This document shows positions 62,801 to 64,000 of a DNA stretch of 64,000 nt, one piece after another (position 1 is the stretch's first letter; the number at the start of each line of letters is the position of its first letter). The stretch spans positions 1-64,000 of the forward strand of contig CDMY01000908.1 in assembly GCA_001179505.1 (NCBI GenBank). The letters run 5' to 3'. The position numbers and the translations under genes are program-made. The DNA comes from Vitrella brassicaformis CCMP3155 (Eukaryota > Protista > Chromerida). The notes under the pieces were generated by a model. That model was not told the DNA's origin and made no database searches. It saw nothing but the letters and a program-made list of their open reading frames with translations.

Positions 62801-64000
62801 CACACCAGGTCTTTAGGCCTTTACATGGTTTAGGCTTTAGACAAGAACACGGACGGGCGGACGGACAGAGAGGAAGAAGTTGCACAGGAGGGGGTGTTGC
62901 TCGTCAGTCACCTGACATTTTTTATGATGGCCACTTGTCTCTCCATCTACACAGCTGGGCGGCACATGGAGGCACACACCGGGTGTCCACATTTGCTCCA
63001 CGGGCGTCAGCTAGGTCGGGTGGTCTACTCATTCTTGCCTCCTGTCGGCCCACAACCATCCACCCATCTATCAGAGCAGGCCTCGCACGAGTAGCTAGCC
63101 GGCTGGGCTATCTATCTATCTATCTGTCTGTCTGTCTATCCATCTGTTCGTCTGTCTGTCTGTCTGGGTGAGCACACATGACATGTGCCTCGCTCGAGCT
63201 GCATCGCAGGTCTGTATTTATGTGGGGTGGGGTGGGGCTGGGTGGGTGTCCGCGTGATGTAACTAACGACTTGGTTGTCCTGTGGTTATAGGTAGGTTGT
63301 CCGTGTCTTTCTCTCCTCTTTCTTTCTCTTGGCTGGTCGTTTTTTGCCCTCCTTTTCTTTTCCGCGCTCTCGTTTCTCGCTCGCTCGCTGAAAACGAGTC
63401 AGTCAGTCTCTGATGCAATCCAAGTATTTCCTCTCGTCTCGTCTTGTCTTCTCCTGTCTTATCTTATCTCTCCAACAATCCATTTGAGTGTCCGTCCCTC
63501 TCGGTCAGCTAATCAACTTGGTCTGCCTTACACCCGCTGCTTCTCGGTCTCTCTTCTCACTCACGGACGGCATTTGGATAAAAGACCCGGCTCGCGTGTG
63601 TGTCCTCGTCTGACGTGGGGTGTGTGAGTACGTCTGAGTGAGTCTGTCCTCTGTCTTTGCCGGATGGTGTGTGTGGCGGTGGCTGGGAGGAGAGTGTGTG
63701 TGTTTGCCGGATAGTGACTTTTTACGCACGTGTCACGTGCTACAAGACAGATGCCTGCCTGCCTGGCCGGAATCAATCTTTCTTCTCACATTTTTGGGCT
63801 GCCCGTGTGTCGAGCTCGTCTCCCGTACGCGTGTGTCTCCGTCTGCGCCTTGCCTTGCCTTGCTGTCCACAAATGCACGTACACACACATCACATAATTC
63901 AGCCCACACGCCACCTACTCACAGCACACATACAATACACGTACACTCACTCACGATCCACCCCCTTATCGGATGTGCACACGGACGGGCTCGGTGTTTC
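56830..64000. other. Long microsatellite-rich region with no credible CDS
   Basis: Dense (GGAT)n, (CTGA)n, (GGTT)n, (GT)n, (GTCT)n and (GA)n tracts. All ORFs are short and repeat-derived. Confidence 0.65.

Noticed and set aside
57000-64000. Many 60-220 aa ORFs rich in CVCV, DGWM, THTH and LVGW
   Set aside because: They are translations of (GT)n, (GGAT)n, (CA)n and (GGTT)n microsatellites.
1-64000. tRNA, rRNA, intact transposase or reverse transcriptase
   Set aside because: I saw no cloverleaf or T-loop signature, rRNA-like segment, DDE or YxDD motif. A covariance-model or RepeatMasker scan would be needed to exclude small elements.

Overview
Intron-dense, GC-rich eukaryotic genomic DNA with microsatellite-filled introns. 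Style and gene content suggest a chromerid alveolate such as Vitrella brassicaformis (inference, not checked by search). I reconstructed about 17 spliced genes by hand from GT/GC-AG boundaries and frame continuity. In order: a myristoylated CDPK-like kinase lacking EF-hands, a Sel1-repeat membrane protein, a bacterial-type subtilase fused to Cys-rich repeats, EGF domains and a TM helix, two orphan polytopic membrane proteins, a plastid-leader argD, a Zn/NADP alcohol dehydrogenase, an OB-fold + CCCH + SAM-methyltransferase, a secreted DUF4189-like protein, a C2H2-Nudix hydrolase, CDC50, a plastid-leader coiled-coil protein, a degenerate low-complexity zone (36.6-43.8 kb), MAEA/Fyv10, a CAP-Gly + IQ + PPEF phosphatase + EF-hand protein, and an Unkempt/TZF-like CCCH protein. 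About 7 kb of apparently non-coding DNA follows. Four 300-N placeholder gaps are present; one is flanked by an 836-bp exact duplicate that is probably an assembly artefact. I found no rRNA, tRNA, CRISPR array or intact transposon. The most notable items are the membrane-anchored subtilase-EGF chimera with Glu at the catalytic His position, the CAP-Gly-PPEF fusion, the OB-CCCH-methyltransferase and the DUF4189-like secreted protein.
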